DNA of 64,000 nucleotides, from NCBI GenBank assembly GCA_963667785.2, contig CAXXMU010000001.1:224001-288000 (forward strand), in the 5' to 3' direction. This DNA comes from Alphaproteobacteria bacterium. GTDB lineage: Bacteria; Pseudomonadota; Alphaproteobacteria; UBA828. The notes beneath the pieces were generated by a model, which worked only from the letters and a program-made list of their open reading frames with translations, was not told the origin of the DNA and made no database searches. The position numbers and the translations under genes were made by a program. Shown here one piece after another: positions 25,287-39,029 of this stretch. Position 1 is the stretch's first letter. Each line of letters starts with the position of its first letter.

Positions 25287-26431
25287 GCGCGGAGCAGGAT
25301 GCTCGCCTCGACCGGCCAGGAGAGGTGAACGCGCGCGCCCCGGCCGATGGCCTCGCCGCCGTGACGGAGGCGGTTGGTCTGGGTGGAGACGACCGTCTTG
25401 CCGCTGTCGAGGCGCACGCGATAGGTCGACGTGCTCCCCAGATAGGCGATCTCGGTCACCTGGCCCGCGATCACGTTCACGGTGCCGGGCGGCGGCGGCG
25501 CGGACGCGATCTCGATCTTCTCCGGCCGCACCGCGAGCAGCACCGTGTCGCCCGCAGCCGGACCGTCTGCGCGGGCGGGTGCCGCGAGCCCGCAAGGCGC
25601 CTCCGCGAGCGCCACCGCGAGGTCGCCTCCGTTCACGGCCTGCGCCCTGCCCTCGAAGATGTTCACGTCGCCGATGAACTCGGCCACGTAGCGCGAGCGC
25701 GGCGCCTCGTAGATCGCGGCCGGCGTATCGACCTGGGCGATGCGGCCTTCCTCCATGACCGCGATGCGGTCGGCGACGGTCATCGCCTCGTCCTGATCGT
25801 GGGTCACGATCACGAAGGTGATGCCGACCCGCTGCTGGATCTCCATGAGCTCGAACTGGGTCTGCTCGCGGAGCTTCTTGTCGAGCGCAGCCAGCGGCTC
25901 GTCGAGCAGCAGCAGCTTGGGACGCTTGACCAGGCTGCGGGCGAGCGCCACCCGCTGGCGCTGCCCGCCGGAAAGCTGGTGCGGCTTGCGCCGCGCGAGC
26001 GGGGAAAGCTCCACCAGCGCCAGCGCCTCCGCCACCCGGGCGGCGATCTCGGCCCGCGGCACCCGGTCCTGACGGAGGCCGAAGGCGACGTTGCCGGCCA
26101 CCGTCATGTGGGGGAAGAGGGCATAGGACTGGAACATCATGTTGACCGGCCGCCGGTAGGGCGGCAGCGCGGCGAGGTCCACGCCGTCGAGCAGGATAGC
26201 GCCGCCGCTCGGCGTCTCGAAGCCGGCCAGCATGCGGAGCAGCGTCGTCTTGCCGCAGCCGGACGGCCCGAGCAGGGCGAAGAACTCACCGCGCGCGATG
26301 TCGAGCGAAACGTCGTCGACCGCGACGACGGCGCCGAAATGCTTGCTGACGCCTTCGATGCGGAGGAACGCGTCCCCGTTGCCGGGGGCGAGCGGAGCCT
26401 CTCCCCCGGCGTCCTGCGTTCTCCCGCTCAC
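25283..26431 (-). CDS. potG: Putrescine ABC transporter ATP-binding protein
   Basis: GPSGCGKT, RPVNMMFQSYALFPH, LSGGQRQR, LDKKLRE. Confidence 0.88.
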   Translation of the reverse strand: MSGRTQDAGGEAPLAPGNGDAFLRIEGVSKHFGAVVAVDDVSLDIARGEFFALLGPSGCGKTTLLRMLAGFETPSGGAILLDGVDLAALPPYRRPVNMMFQSYALFPHMTVAGNVAFGLRQDRVPRAEIAARVAEALALVELSPLARRKPHQLSGGQRQRVALARSLVKRPKLLLLDEPLAALDKKLREQTQFELMEIQQRVGITFVIVTHDQDEAMTVADRIAVMEEGRIAQVDTPAAIYEAPRSRYVAEFIGDVNIFEGRAQAVNGGDLAVALAEAPCGLAAPARADGPAAGDTVLLAVRPEKIEIASAPPPPGTVNVIAGQVTEIAYLGSTSTYRVRLDSGKTVVSTQTNRLRHGGEAIGRGARVHLSWPVEASILLRA

Positions 26432-26475
26432 GAGCGCCGCGCCCGCGGGCGCCCGTGCGGCGTCTGTGCCTCGGC

Positions 26476-27573
26476 CTATTCCGCGCCCTTGATACGGGTC
26501 CAGAGCCTCGTGATGAAGCGCTGCACCTTGGGCGGGTAGGGGTTCGTCACGTAGAGCCCCTTCCGCGCCTCCTCGGTCGGGTAGATGCCGGGATCCTCGG
26601 TGATCTCGGCGTCCAGCAGCGGCGTCGAGGCGGCGTTGCCGTTGGCGTAGTAGACGTAGTTGGAGGCCTTGGCGATCACCTCGGGCCGCATGATGTAGTC
26701 GAGGAAGGTGTGCGCGTTACCGGGATGCGGCGCATCGGCCGGAATCGCCATCATGTCGAACCACGTCAGCGCGCCCTCGTCCGGGATCACGTAGGCGATC
26801 TCGACGTCGTTCTCGGCCTCCCAGGCGCGGTCGCGGGCCTGCAGCATGTCGCCCGACCAGCCCATGGTGAGGCAGATGTCGCCGTTGGCGAGATCGTTGA
26901 TCTGGGCCGAGTTGTGGAAGCGGCGGATGTGGGGCCGGACCGCCAGCAGCACCGGCTCGACCTTGGCGATCACGTCGGTGTCGTGGCTGTTGGGGTCCTC
27001 GCCGATGAAGTTGAGCACGGCCGGGACCACCTCGTCCGGCTCGTCCATCATGTAGACCCCGCAATCGGCGAACTTGGAGACCACGTCAGGGTCGAAGAGC
27101 ATGCGCCAGGAGCCGGTGGGCGCCTCGGGCGCGCGCTCGGCGATCTTCGCGGTGTTGTAACCGAAGCCCGTGGTGCCCCACATGTAGTTGATGGCGTAGC
27201 CGTTGCCCGGGTCCCACTGGCTCACGACCGCCATGATGGTCTCGTCCAGGTTGCCGAGGTTGGCGAGCTTGCCCTTGTCGAGGGGCTGGAAGATGCCCGC
27301 CTGGATCTGGCGCGCGAGGAAGGTCCCGCTGGGCACCACCACGTCGTAGCCGGTGCTGCCGGTGAGCAGCTTGGTCTCGAGGATGTTGTTGGAATCGAAG
27401 ACGTCGTAGACGACCTTGATGCCGGTCTCGGCCTCGAACTCGGTGAGGATCTCCTCGTCGATGTAGTCGGACCAGTTGTAGACGTTGACCACCGCCTCCT
27501 CCTCGGCGAAGGCTGTGGTCGTGGCCAGGAGCGCCGCGGCGGCGACTCCGGCGGCAAACGGCATTTTCGTCAT
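26476..27573 (-). CDS. potF: Putrescine-binding periplasmic protein
   Basis: VYNWSDYI, YDVFDSN, YMWGTTG, GWSGD, WFDMMAIP. Confidence 0.9.
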   Translation of the reverse strand: MTKMPFAAGVAAAALLATTTAFAEEEAVVNVYNWSDYIDEEILTEFEAETGIKVVYDVFDSNNILETKLLTGSTGYDVVVPSGTFLARQIQAGIFQPLDKGKLANLGNLDETIMAVVSQWDPGNGYAINYMWGTTGFGYNTAKIAERAPEAPTGSWRMLFDPDVVSKFADCGVYMMDEPDEVVPAVLNFIGEDPNSHDTDVIAKVEPVLLAVRPHIRRFHNSAQINDLANGDICLTMGWSGDMLQARDRAWEAENDVEIAYVIPDEGALTWFDMMAIPADAPHPGNAHTFLDYIMRPEVIAKASNYVYYANGNAASTPLLDAEITEDPGIYPTEEARKGLYVTNPYPPKVQRFITRLWTRIKGAE

Positions 27574-27704
27574 GGTGCTTGTCCTCCCTTGCCCGGCCTT
27601 GTCAGCGGGCCGTGGTGGCGTTCGGTCGATTCAGGCGCTTCGCGGCGCCCCTGTCAACGCGCCGTGCCGTGTCGTCGCGGTGCGCCGGCCCGGCACGGGG
27701 CCTC

Positions 27705-28499
27705 TCATCGGGCGAAACTCACGCTGGCCTCGCCGAGGCCGGCGATCGCGACCCGGACGATATCGCCCGGCTCCACCCACTTGGTCTCGACGACGCTGCC
27801 GGTCAGCACCACGTCGCCGGCCGCGAGCGGGCGCCCCCTTTCGGCGGCGTGGTTCGCGAGCCAGGTCAGCGCCTCGAAGGGATGGCCCATCACGTCGGCG
27901 CCGGTGCCGGCACCCACGGTCTCGCCGTTGATCGCCATCGTGCCCGCTACCGCCGCGAGGTCGAGGCCGCGCCACGCGGAGACCGGCGGGCCGAGCACGG
28001 CGCCGGCGCTGAAGAAGTCGTCCGCAATCAGCGTCGGCGTGTCGAGCGCGCGGAAGTCGTCATAGCGGTCGTCCACGATCTCGATGGCCGCCATGCAGGC
28101 GCCGACCGCATCTGCCACGGCAGCGCGGTCGAAGGGCGCCTCCGCCCCGGCCAGCGGACGGGCGAGGCGCACCGCGATCTCGCACTCGACGCCGGGCCGC
28201 CAGTGGTCGGCGTGCGCTACCGTCGCAGGTGAGGCGTACGTCCGGTCCTCGTAGAGGGCGCCGGCGCAGGGATGGGCGATCTCCAGATAGCGCTGCATCA
28301 CCGGCGTGGTGCAGCCGATCTTGCGGCCGCAAACGGGGCCGTGCGTGTCGCCGAGGCGCTCGTTGAGCGCGGCCTGCACGGCGTAGGCCTCCGCGAGCGA
28401 GGCGGGCCGGCAATCCTCGGGCAGCACGGCGATCCGCTGCCGGCGGTGCCGCGCGGCGGCGTAGAGCGCGACCGCCTGATCGACGGCGAGCGGAGTCAC
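27705..28499 (-). CDS. 2-keto-4-pentenoate hydratase-like protein (FAH superfamily)
   Basis: [35 protein letters not shown]. Confidence 0.85.
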   Translation of the reverse strand: MTPLAVDQAVALYAAARHRRQRIAVLPEDCRPASLAEAYAVQAALNERLGDTHGPVCGRKIGCTTPVMQRYLEIAHPCAGALYEDRTYASPATVAHADHWRPGVECEIAVRLARPLAGAEAPFDRAAVADAVGACMAAIEIVDDRYDDFRALDTPTLIADDFFSAGAVLGPPVSAWRGLDLAAVAGTMAINGETVGAGTGADVMGHPFEALTWLANHAAERGRPLAAGDVVLTGSVVETKWVEPGDIVRVAIAGLGEASVSFAR

Positions 28500-28515
28500 C
28501 CGGCGCCTGCCGCCG

Positions 28516-29463
28516 TCACGCGGCGTCCACCCGCTCGTTCAAGGCCTCGACCGCCGGCTGCACCTCCTCGATCAGGCGCCGCGTCTGGTCGAGGATGTCG
28601 TCGTCGCCGCCGCCGACGGGCCAGAGGACGAACTTCGACGCGCCGGCCGCGACGAATTCCTCGATGCGCCGCATGATGTCGGCAGCGTCGCCCGCGACGA
28701 TGCCGCCTTTCGGATCGCGCTGGAAGCGCGCAGCGTAGGTTTCGGCCATCCGCTGCATCAGCGGCTCGTCCCAGCCGCCGAAGCGGACGTGGAAGCTCGC
28801 GCCGTAATGGTCGGCGTCGATGCGCCGCCCGGTCTCTGCCAGCGCCGCCTTGATCCCGGCGATTGCCGGCGCCACCTGCTCCGGCGTCTCCAGCCCGGCG
28901 ATCCAGCCCGTGCCGGTGCGCGCCGTGCGCCGGATCGCCGCCTTGCTCGAGCCGCCGAGCCAGAGCGGCAGCTCCTTCTGCACCGGCTTCGGCATGATCG
29001 TTGCGCCGCGATAGCAGTAGAACTCGCCCTCGAAGTCGACCGAGTCCTCGGTCCAGAGCCGGGCGATGATCTCCAGCCCCTCGTCGGTGCGCCTGCCCCG
29101 GCCCGCCGTCTCCGTGCCGGTGGCGGCCCAGTCCGGCGCGCGGATCGCGCCGATGCCGAAGGCGGGCAGCAGGCGGCCTTCGCTCAGCACGTCGATGGTC
29201 GCGCACTGCTTGGCCAGCAGCAGCGGGTCGCGCAGCCCGACCGAAGCGACGTTCATGCCGAATTTGATGCGCTCGGTCCGGCCGGCGAGCGCGGCCATCA
29301 CGCTCATCACCTCGAGGAAGGGTTCCTCGGAGACGAGGCGGTCGGTCTGCCACAGCGAATCGACTCCGCCCTCCTCGCAGAGGTCGACCCAGCGCCAGAA
29401 GGCGCCCGCGCCCGAGAACGGGAACGCATTGAGCCCGAGGCCGACGGCGATGGACAGCGTCAC
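28516..29463 (-). CDS. LLM-class (luciferase-like) flavin-dependent oxidoreductase
   Basis: [33 protein letters not shown]. Confidence 0.85.
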   Translation of the reverse strand: MTLSIAVGLGLNAFPFSGAGAFWRWVDLCEEGGVDSLWQTDRLVSEEPFLEVMSVMAALAGRTERIKFGMNVASVGLRDPLLLAKQCATIDVLSEGRLLPAFGIGAIRAPDWAATGTETAGRGRRTDEGLEIIARLWTEDSVDFEGEFYCYRGATIMPKPVQKELPLWLGGSSKAAIRRTARTGTGWIAGLETPEQVAPAIAGIKAALAETGRRIDADHYGASFHVRFGGWDEPLMQRMAETYAARFQRDPKGGIVAGDAADIMRRIEEFVAAGASKFVLWPVGGGDDDILDQTRRLIEEVQPAVEALNERVDAA

Positions 29464-29604
29464 CTCCCTCTTTACGGCTGCGCATGCCCCGCCGCGCCCG
29501 GCGGGGACCGGTCATTTCTACGCGCAGCAACGGGCAGCGTCCAGACGGGCGGCCGCCGCCGGTCGCATCGCGCGTGCCCGGTGGGAGGCGGGGAGGGGCC
29601 GGCG

Positions 29605-29633
29605 TTGACAGCATTTTGGGCCGGCCCTAGTGT
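29605..29633 (+). promoter_or_regulatory. Sigma70-type promoter of etfBA-hbd
   Basis: TTGACA-N17-TAGTGT. Confidence 0.65.
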
Positions 29634-29706
29634 GCGGCCGCGCGCGCGGCGGGGTGTCCGCGGCGGTGCGAAGGCAGCCTCTCCGTTTCGCCCGGTGGGA
29701 ACGTCC

Positions 29707-30459
29707 ATGAAGGTTCTGGTCGCGGTCAAGCGCACGATCGACCCCAACGTGAAGGTGCGGGTGAAATCTGACCGGACCGGCGTCGAGACCGCGAACGTCA
29801 AGATGGCGATGAATCCCTTCTGCGAGATCGCGGTGGAGGAAGCCGTGCGCATGAAGGAGAACGGCCCGGCGGACGAGGTGGTCGCGGTCTCGGCCGGCGC
29901 CGACAAGGTGCAGGAGACGCTGCGGACGGCGCTTGCCATGGGCGCGGACCGCGCCGTCCATATCGTCACCGAGGCGGAGCTGCAGCCGCTTGCGGTCGCC
30001 CGTCTGCTCAAGGTGATCGTCGAGGAGGAGCAGCCCGGCCTGGTCATCACGGGCAAGCAGGCCATCGACGACGACAGCAACCAGACCGGCCAGATGCTGG
30101 CGGCGCTGCTCGGCTGGCCGCAGGCGACCTTCGCCTCCGAGATCCAGTTCAAGGACGGGACCGCCGACGTGACCCGCGAGATCGACGGCGGGCTCGAGAC
30201 CCTCAACGTCAACCTGCCGGCGGTGATCACCACGGACCTGCGGCTCAACGAGCCGCGCTACGCCTCGCTCCCCAACATCATGAAGGCCAAGAAGAAGCCG
30301 ATCGACCGGCGCGAGGCGGACGAGTTGGGGGTGGACATCAGCCCGCGCCTCGCGGTGCACGCGGTCGACGAGCCGCCCAAGCGCGAGGCGGGGATCAAGG
30401 TGGCCGACGTCGCCGAGCTCGTCGCCAAGCTGCGCGACGATGCCAAGGTGATCGGGTGA
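29707..30459 (+). CDS. etfB: Electron transfer flavoprotein subunit beta
   Basis: [42 protein letters not shown]. Confidence 0.95.
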   Translation: MKVLVAVKRTIDPNVKVRVKSDRTGVETANVKMAMNPFCEIAVEEAVRMKENGPADEVVAVSAGADKVQETLRTALAMGADRAVHIVTEAELQPLAVARLLKVIVEEEQPGLVITGKQAIDDDSNQTGQMLAALLGWPQATFASEIQFKDGTADVTREIDGGLETLNVNLPAVITTDLRLNEPRYASLPNIMKAKKKPIDRREADELGVDISPRLAVHAVDEPPKREAGIKVADVAELVAKLRDDAKVIG

Positions 30460-30469
30460 GGGCCGGCGG

Positions 30470-31423
30470 ATGAGCGTCCTCGTCATCGCCGAGCACGACA
30501 ACGCCGAGCTGAAGCGGCCCAGCCTCAACGCGGTGACGGCCGCGGCCGCGCTGGGCGGCGAGGTCCACGTGCTGGTCGCGGGCTCGGGCGCAGGCCCGGT
30601 GGCGGAGGTTGCGGCGCGGGTTTCCGGCGTCGACAAGGTGCTGCACGCCGACGATGCCGCCTACGAGCACGGCCTTGCCGAGAACCTCGCGCCGCTGGTC
30701 ACCGGCCTGGCCGGGGACTACGGCCACCTGGTCGCCGCCGCCACCACCTTCGGCAAGAACGTGATGCCGCGCGTCGCCGCGCTGCTCGACGTGGCCCAGG
30801 TCTCCGACATCATCGAGATCGTCTCGGACAGCGTCTTCGTGCGCCCCACCCATGCGGGCAACGCGCTCGCCAGGGTCGAGAGCGGCGATGCCGTGAAGGT
30901 GGTGACCGTGCGCACCACCGCGTTCGACGTGGCCCCCGCCGAAGGCGGCAGCGCCGCGATCGAGGCGGTGGCCTGCGCCGGCGACCAGGGGCTGGTGCGC
31001 TTCGTGCGCCATGAGCTGAGCAAGTCGGACCGGCCGGAGCTCACCAGCGCCGGAATCGTGATTTCGGGCGGACGCGGCATGCAGAGCGGCGAGAACTTCC
31101 CGCTGATCGAGGCGGTGGCGGATCGGCTCGGCGCTGCCGTCGGTGCCTCGCGGGCCGCCGTCGACGCCGGCTACGTGCCCAACGACTTCCAGGTGGGCCA
31201 GACCGGCAAGGTCGTGGCGCCCGATCTCTACATCGCGGTCGGGATTTCCGGTGCGATCCAGCATCTCGCCGGGATGAAGGACAGTCGGGTCATCTGCGCC
31301 ATCAACAAGGACGAGGAGGCGCCCATCTTCCAGATCGCCGACTTCGGCCTCGTGGCGGATCTGTTCAAGGCCTTGCCGGCGCTCGCCGAAGAGCTCGACC
31401 GCCAGGGCCTCTCGAAGGCCTGA
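30470..31423 (+). CDS. etfA: Electron transfer flavoprotein subunit alpha
   Basis: [33 protein letters not shown]. Confidence 0.95.
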   Translation: MSVLVIAEHDNAELKRPSLNAVTAAAALGGEVHVLVAGSGAGPVAEVAARVSGVDKVLHADDAAYEHGLAENLAPLVTGLAGDYGHLVAAATTFGKNVMPRVAALLDVAQVSDIIEIVSDSVFVRPTHAGNALARVESGDAVKVVTVRTTAFDVAPAEGGSAAIEAVACAGDQGLVRFVRHELSKSDRPELTSAGIVISGGRGMQSGENFPLIEAVADRLGAAVGASRAAVDAGYVPNDFQVGQTGKVVAPDLYIAVGISGAIQHLAGMKDSRVICAINKDEEAPIFQIADFGLVADLFKALPALAEELDRQGLSKA

Positions 31424-31432
31424 TACGCCGTC

Positions 31433-32305
31433 ATGGTGAAATCGATCGCGATCATAGGAGCGGGCCGCATGGGGAGCGGCATCGCCCATGTCGCCGCGCT
31501 CGCGGAATACGACGTGATGCTGACCGATCTCGGCCAGGCCGAGATCGATGCGGCGATGGAGACGATCCGCACCAATCTGGGCCGCCAGGCGCGCAAGGGG
31601 GCGATCAGCGAGGAGCAGCAGGCCGCCGCGCTGCAGCGGATCGGGACCGCGGTCGGACTCGATGCGGTCAAGGGCGCAGACCTCATCATCGAGGCCGTCG
31701 TCGAGGACGAGGCGGTCAAGAAGTCCGTCTTCGCCGAACTCAGGGGTGAGCTGCCCGCGCACACCATCATCTGCACCAACAGCTCCTCGCTCCCGGTCAC
31801 CCGTCTCGCCGTGAGCACGGACCGGCCCGGCAAGTTCATGGGCATGCACTTCATGAACCCGGTGCCAATGATGGAGCTGGTGGAGCTGGTGCGCGGCATC
31901 GCCACCGAGGAGGAGACCTACGAGACCGCGCGCGAGGTCACCGTGCGCATGGGCAAGACCGCCGCCATGGCCGAGGACTTTCCGGCCTTCATCGTGAACC
32001 GCATCCTCATGCCGATGGTCAACGAGGCGATCTATGCGCTCTACGAAGGCGTCGGCACGGTGAAGGCGATCGACACGGCGATGAAGCTCGGTGCGCATCA
32101 CCGCATGGGGCCGCTGGAGCTCGCCGACTTCATCGGCCTCGACACCTGCCACTCGATCATGCAGGTGCTCTACGAGGGCCTCGCCGACAGCAAGTACCGG
32201 CCCTGTCCGCTGCTCGTGAAGTATGTCGAGGCCGGCTGGCTCGGCCGCAAGACCGGCAAGGGTTTTTACGACTACTCCACCGGCACGCCGGTTCCCACCC
32301 GCTGA
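31433..32305 (+). CDS. hbd: 3-hydroxybutyryl-CoA dehydrogenase
   Basis: [42 protein letters not shown]. Confidence 0.9.
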   Translation: MVKSIAIIGAGRMGSGIAHVAALAEYDVMLTDLGQAEIDAAMETIRTNLGRQARKGAISEEQQAAALQRIGTAVGLDAVKGADLIIEAVVEDEAVKKSVFAELRGELPAHTIICTNSSSLPVTRLAVSTDRPGKFMGMHFMNPVPMMELVELVRGIATEEETYETAREVTVRMGKTAAMAEDFPAFIVNRILMPMVNEAIYALYEGVGTVKAIDTAMKLGAHHRMGPLELADFIGLDTCHSIMQVLYEGLADSKYRPCPLLVKYVEAGWLGRKTGKGFYDYSTGTPVPTR

Positions 32306-32321
32306 CAGGTCGTCCCGCCGC

Positions 32322-32774
32322 TTACCCGCGGTGATAGGGGTGGCCGGAGAGGATGCTGGCCGCGCGCCAGAGCTGTTCCGCCAGCATCGCGCGGGCGAGC
32401 AGATGCGGCCACGTCATCGGACCCAGCGACAGCACCGTGTCGGCGCGGGCGAGCGCCGCCTCTCCGTGCCCGTCGGCGCCGCCGATCAGGAACGCCATGA
32501 CGGCGGTACCCTCGTCGCGCTGCTGCGCGATGCGCTCCGCAAACGCCTCGCTCGTGAGCGCCTTTCCGGAGCCGTCGAGCGCCACGACATGGACACCGGC
32601 CGGCAGCCCCTTCAGCAGCGCCGCCGCCTCGCGCTCCCGTCCCGCCTTGCCGCCACCGCCCGCGCGCACCTCCCGCAGCTCGAGCGGCCACGGCAGCCGC
32701 CGCCGGTAGCTCTCGAAGAGCTGTCCGGCCGGGTCGTCCCCGGCCCGCCCCACTGCTGCCACGACCAGGCGCAT
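32322..32774 (-). CDS. rlmH: 23S rRNA pseudouridine-1915 N3-methyltransferase
   Basis: FLIGGADG, SLGPMTWPH, EQLWRA, GHPYHR; start at ATG 32774. Confidence 0.93.
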   Translation of the reverse strand: MRLVVAAVGRAGDDPAGQLFESYRRRLPWPLELREVRAGGGGKAGREREAAALLKGLPAGVHVVALDGSGKALTSEAFAERIAQQRDEGTAVMAFLIGGADGHGEAALARADTVLSLGPMTWPHLLARAMLAEQLWRAASILSGHPYHRG

Positions 32775-32788
32775 CGGCGCCCGGCGCC

Positions 32789-33208
32789 CTAGCGCTCGTC
32801 GCCCGTCAGCGCCTGCTCGTCGGCCGTGCCGATCGATTCGACGGACCACATCTTCTCGAGGTTGTAGAGGGCGCGAATCTCCGGCCGGAAGACGTGCACG
32901 ATGACGTCGCCCGCGTCGATCAGCACCCAGTCGCAGTTCTCGCGACCTTCGGCCGCGCGCGCCGGCGTGCCGTCGTCCTTGAGCTGCTTGATGAGGCGAT
33001 CCGCCACCGCATCGACGTGGCGCTTCGAGCGACCGCTGGCGATGACCATGAGGTCGGCGATCGCGGTCTTGCCGTCGAGGTCGATGGTGACGATGTCCTC
33101 CGCCTTGGCGTCGGTGAGGGCGGAGGCGACGGCCCGGTGAAGGGCTTCGGCGCCGGCCTTGGCCGGAGCCTGGGGATCTCTCCCAACAGATTGATTGGAT
33201 TGCGTTAT
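32789..33208 (-). CDS. rsfS: Ribosome silencing factor (Iojap); start uncertain, probably non-canonical ATA
   Basis: ALTDAKAEDIVTIDL...MVIASGRSKRHV...WVLIDAGDVIVHVFRPEIRALYNLEKMW; the conserved N-terminus lies upstream of the first ATG (33049). Confidence 0.85.
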   Translation of the reverse strand: MTQSNQSVGRDPQAPAKAGAEALHRAVASALTDAKAEDIVTIDLDGKTAIADLMVIASGRSKRHVDAVADRLIKQLKDDGTPARAAEGRENCDWVLIDAGDVIVHVFRPEIRALYNLEKMWSVESIGTADEQALTGDER

Positions 33209-33882
33209 GGTGCTTCTTCAGCCTCCCCGTGTCGGCCCGCTTCGCCTCCTGCGGCGCGGAGCATCGTTGCCGAGGCGGGATGCAGCGGACCATGGATCAC
33301 CATCCAGGCCGGTGGCTTGGATTGAACGAGCCCGCGCGCGCGGCGTTCTGCCATTCTCCTGCGCGCGAATCGCTGTGCGGGCTTCACCGCGCAAGCATAG
33401 CGCGAGTATGGCCAGCGGTCGATGATCGCGACGGGCAGCGCCCGGAAGAGCTGGGGCCAGCGCCGCCAGTCCGCCAGCGTCACCAGATTGTCGGCACCGA
33501 CGATCCAGACCATGCGGTGGCGCGGAAAGCGCCGTCTCAGCCGCGCCACCGTGTCGACGGAGTAGCGGCTGCCGAGGCGCCGCTCGATGTCGGTCACGCG
33601 GAGCCGCCGGTCGTCGGCGGCGGCTTCCGCCGCGGCCAGCCGGTCGTCGAACGGCGCCATGCCGGCGCAGGGCTTGAGCGGGTTCTGGGGCGAGACCAGC
33701 CACCACACCTCGTGCAGGCCGAGGCGCCTGAGGGCCAGCAGGCTGATGTGTCGATGGCCCTCGTGGGCGGGGTTGAACGAGCCGCCGAGCAGGCCGATCT
33801 TCCGGCCCGGCGGGCGCGCCGGCGGGGCGCTGCCGGGCACGGGCCTCGACCGCCGGCGGCGCATCGGCGCGATAGGGGGCAC
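33205..33882 (-). CDS. nadD: Nicotinate-nucleotide adenylyltransferase
   Basis: GLLGGSFNPAHEGH, WWLVSPQNPLK, WIVGADN; exact start uncertain. Confidence 0.9.
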   Translation of the reverse strand: MPPIAPMRRRRSRPVPGSAPPARPPGRKIGLLGGSFNPAHEGHRHISLLALRRLGLHEVWWLVSPQNPLKPCAGMAPFDDRLAAAEAAADDRRLRVTDIERRLGSRYSVDTVARLRRRFPRHRMVWIVGADNLVTLADWRRWPQLFRALPVAIIDRWPYSRYACAVKPAQRFARRRMAERRARGLVQSKPPAWMVIHGPLHPASATMLRAAGGEAGRHGEAEEAP

Positions 33883-33890
33883 GAGAGGGT

Positions 33891-35179
33891 TCAGGGGCGA
33901 ACCTGTCCGTTGCCGTAGACCTTGTACTTGTAGGTCGTCAGTTGCTCGACACCCACCGGCCCGCGCGCATGCAGCTTGCCCGTGGAGATGCCGATTTCGG
34001 CGCCCATGCCGAACTCGCCGCCGTCGGCGAACTGGGTCGAGGCGTTGTGCAGCACGATGCCGCTGTCCACCGCCTCCATGAAGCGATCGGCGGCGCTTGC
34101 GTCCTCCGTCACGATGGCGTCGGTGTGGTGGGAGCCATGCTCGTTGACGTGGGCGATCGCCGCATCGAGTCCGTCCACCAGCCCGACCGAGATGATCGCG
34201 TCGAGATACTCCGTCCCCCAGTCGGCGGGCGCGGCCGGCACGACGCGGGAATCGAGAGCCTGCACGCGGCGGTCGCCGCGCACCTCGCAGCCTGCCTCGA
34301 ACAGCGGCTCGAGGATCAGTGGCAGCGCGTCCGCCATGGCGGTGTCCACGAGCAGGGTCTCGGCGGCGCCGCAGATTCCGGTGCGCCGCATCTTCGCGTT
34401 GAAGGTGACGTCGCGCGCCTTCTCGGGGTCGGCGGCGGCGTGCACGTAGACATGGCAGTTGCCGTCGAGATGCGCCATCACCGGCACCCGGCTCTCTTCC
34501 TTCACGCGCTCGATCAGCGAGCGGCCGCCGCGCGGCACGATCAGGTCCAGCACGTCGTCCATGGCGAGCAGGATGCCCACCGCGGCGCGGTCCGTCGTCG
34601 GCACGAGCTGGATGCAGCCCGCCGGCAGCCCGCTCTCGACAAGGGCCTGGCGCAGCGCCGCGGCGATGGCGCGCGAGGAATGCCAGCTCTCCGAGCCGCC
34701 GCGCAGGATCGCCGCGTTACCCGACATGAGGCAGAGTGCGCCGGCGTCGGCGGTCACGTTGGGCCGCGATTCGTAGATGATCCCGATGATCCCGATCGGC
34801 ACCGAGACCCGGCGGATGCGGAGCCCGTTGGGCCGCTCCCACTCGCCGAGCAGGCGGCCGACCGGGTCCTCCAGCGCGGCGACCTGCTCGACGCCCGCCG
34901 CCATGGCCTCGACCCGGCCGGGATCGAGGGCGAGGCGGTCGAGAAGGGCGCCGCTCAGCTCCTTCTCCCGCGCGGCCGCCATGTCGCGGGCGTTCGCCTC
35001 CAGGATGGTGGCCTCGCTCGCACGCAATGCCGCCGCCGCCGCCCTCAGCGCCCCCCGCCTGGTCTCGGCGGAGGCGGCCGCGAGCGCCCGTGCCGCCGCA
35101 CGCGCCTCGGCGCCGAGCGCGGCCATCGCGGCTTCGATGTCGCGGTCCTCGTCGCGGTTCCGCGCCGCCTGGGCGATGC

Positions 35180-35183
<4 letters not shown>
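33891..35183 (-). CDS. proA: Glutamate-5-semialdehyde dehydrogenase
   Basis: [40 protein letters not shown]. Confidence 0.95.
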
Positions 35184-37653
<2,470 letters not shown>

Positions 37654-37654
<1 letters not shown>

Positions 37655-38343
37655 CAGCTCTTCTCCTCCGCCGACTCGTCCGCCTGCGCATCGTCCGCCT
37701 CGCCGGCATCCGCCTCGGTGGCTGCGGGAGCGGCGTCCTCGCTCGCCTTTGCCTTGGCCGTCGTCCGCCGTCGGGTGGCGGTCCGCTTCTTCGCCGCAGG
37801 CTTCTCGGCCGGTGCGGGCGCTTCCGTTGCCGCCGCGGTCTCCGCCTCGGCGGGCGCCGGCGCGTCGTCCCCGGTCTTCGGCGCCTTGGGCGCGGCCCGC
37901 TTCCGTGTCGTCGTTCCGGTTTTCGCCTCGGTCTTCGCCCGCGCCGGCCTCTTCCTCCGGCCGCCGGCCGGCGCCGCCTCGTCGTCGGTCGAGGCCGCCT
38001 TCTTCTTCCGCCGCACCTTCCGCTTCTGGCCCGCCGCCAGGATTTCGTCGATGCGGAGCACGGTCAGGTCCTGCCGGTGCCCGCGCTTGCGGCGGTGGTT
38101 CTTCCGCCGTTTCTTGCGGAAGACGATGATCTTGTCGCCGCGCGTGTGCTCCACCACAGTCGCCGCCACGCGCGCGCCGTCGACGAGCGGCCGCCCCAGC
38201 GAGACGGTCTCGCCGTCGCTCATCGCCAGCACCTCTCCCAGCTCGATCGTCTCGCCGGCCTCGGCCTTGAGACGCTCGACCCGGATAACGTCCTCCGGCG
38301 CGACGCGGTACTGCTTTCCGCCGGTGCGAACCACAGCGAACAT
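37654..38343 (-). CDS. rplU: 50S ribosomal protein L21 with long low-complexity C-terminal extension
   Basis: [14 protein letters not shown]...[14 protein letters not shown], then about 125 Ala/Lys/Thr/Glu-rich residues. Confidence 0.95.
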
Positions 38344-38390
38344 GGCAACCATCCGTATTGGGAGGAGGGGGCACCCCCCGCAGCGGGCGC

Positions 38391-38418
38391 ACTATAGGCC
38401 CACCGCGGCTGCTGTCAA
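38391..38418 (-). promoter_or_regulatory. Sigma70-type promoter of rplU-rpmA
   Basis: Minus strand TTGACA-N16-TATAGT. Confidence 0.65.
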
Positions 38419-38455
38419 TCAGCCGCGCCGCCGGCGGGCGGACCAGAAGGGCGGA

Positions 38456-38758
38456 TCAGAAGCCGTGCTTGGCGGCTTCCTCGGCGTACTTGCGCTTCTG
38501 CTCGGGCGTGGCCTCGGTCTGGAAGTGCTCCTTCCACTCGGCGTAGGTCATGCCATAGACGAGTTGGCGCGCCTCCTCGAGATCCATGTCGAGCCCCTTC
38601 TCCTCGGCGGCGGCGCGGTACCATTTGGACAGGCAATTGCGACAGAAGCCCGCGAGGTTCATCAGGTCGATGTTCTGCACGTCCGTGCGCTTGCGCAGGT
38701 GCGCGACCAAGGTGCGGAAGGCCGCAGCCTCCAGCTCGGTCTGGGTCCTATCGTCCAT
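38456..38758 (-). CDS. DUF1244 family protein
   Basis: ELEAAAFR...DVQNIDLMNLAGFCRNCLSKWY...VYGM.Y.EWK. Confidence 0.85.
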   Translation of the reverse strand: MDDRTQTELEAAAFRTLVAHLRKRTDVQNIDLMNLAGFCRNCLSKWYRAAAEEKGLDMDLEEARQLVYGMTYAEWKEHFQTEATPEQKRKYAEEAAKHGF

Positions 38759-39029
38759 CTTCCGTCTCTCCGCCGCCGCCCGCCTCGTCGAGCCTCGCTT
38801 CCAGCGCGGCGACGCGCTCGGCGAGCGCCTCAGCCTCGCTGCGTGCGTTCGCGGCCATCTCCTTGACGGCGTCGAACTCGTCGCGCGGGACCAGGTCCAT
38901 CTGCGCCAGGACCCGCTCCAGCCGGCGCTTGACGAGGGCGTCGAGCTCGCCCTTGAGCCCGCTCGCCGCCCCCATGGCTCCGGTGGCGACGCGGGCCACG
39001 TCGTCGAGAATGTGGCTGTCCGTCTGCAT
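38748..39029 (-). CDS. UbiK/BMFP-like coiled-coil accessory factor
   Basis: LDDVARVATGA...MDLVPRDEFDAVKEMA...LAERVAALE. Confidence 0.8.
   Translation of the reverse strand: MQTDSHILDDVARVATGAMGAASGLKGELDALVKRRLERVLAQMDLVPRDEFDAVKEMAANARSEAEALAERVAALEARLDEAGGGGETEDGR

Noticed and set aside
32920-33186. Frameshift explanation for the missing rsfS start (TTG at 33186)
   Set aside because: That TTG is in another frame, while the rsfS frame is already open up to the nadD stop; a non-canonical start is simpler, though a sequencing indel cannot be excluded.
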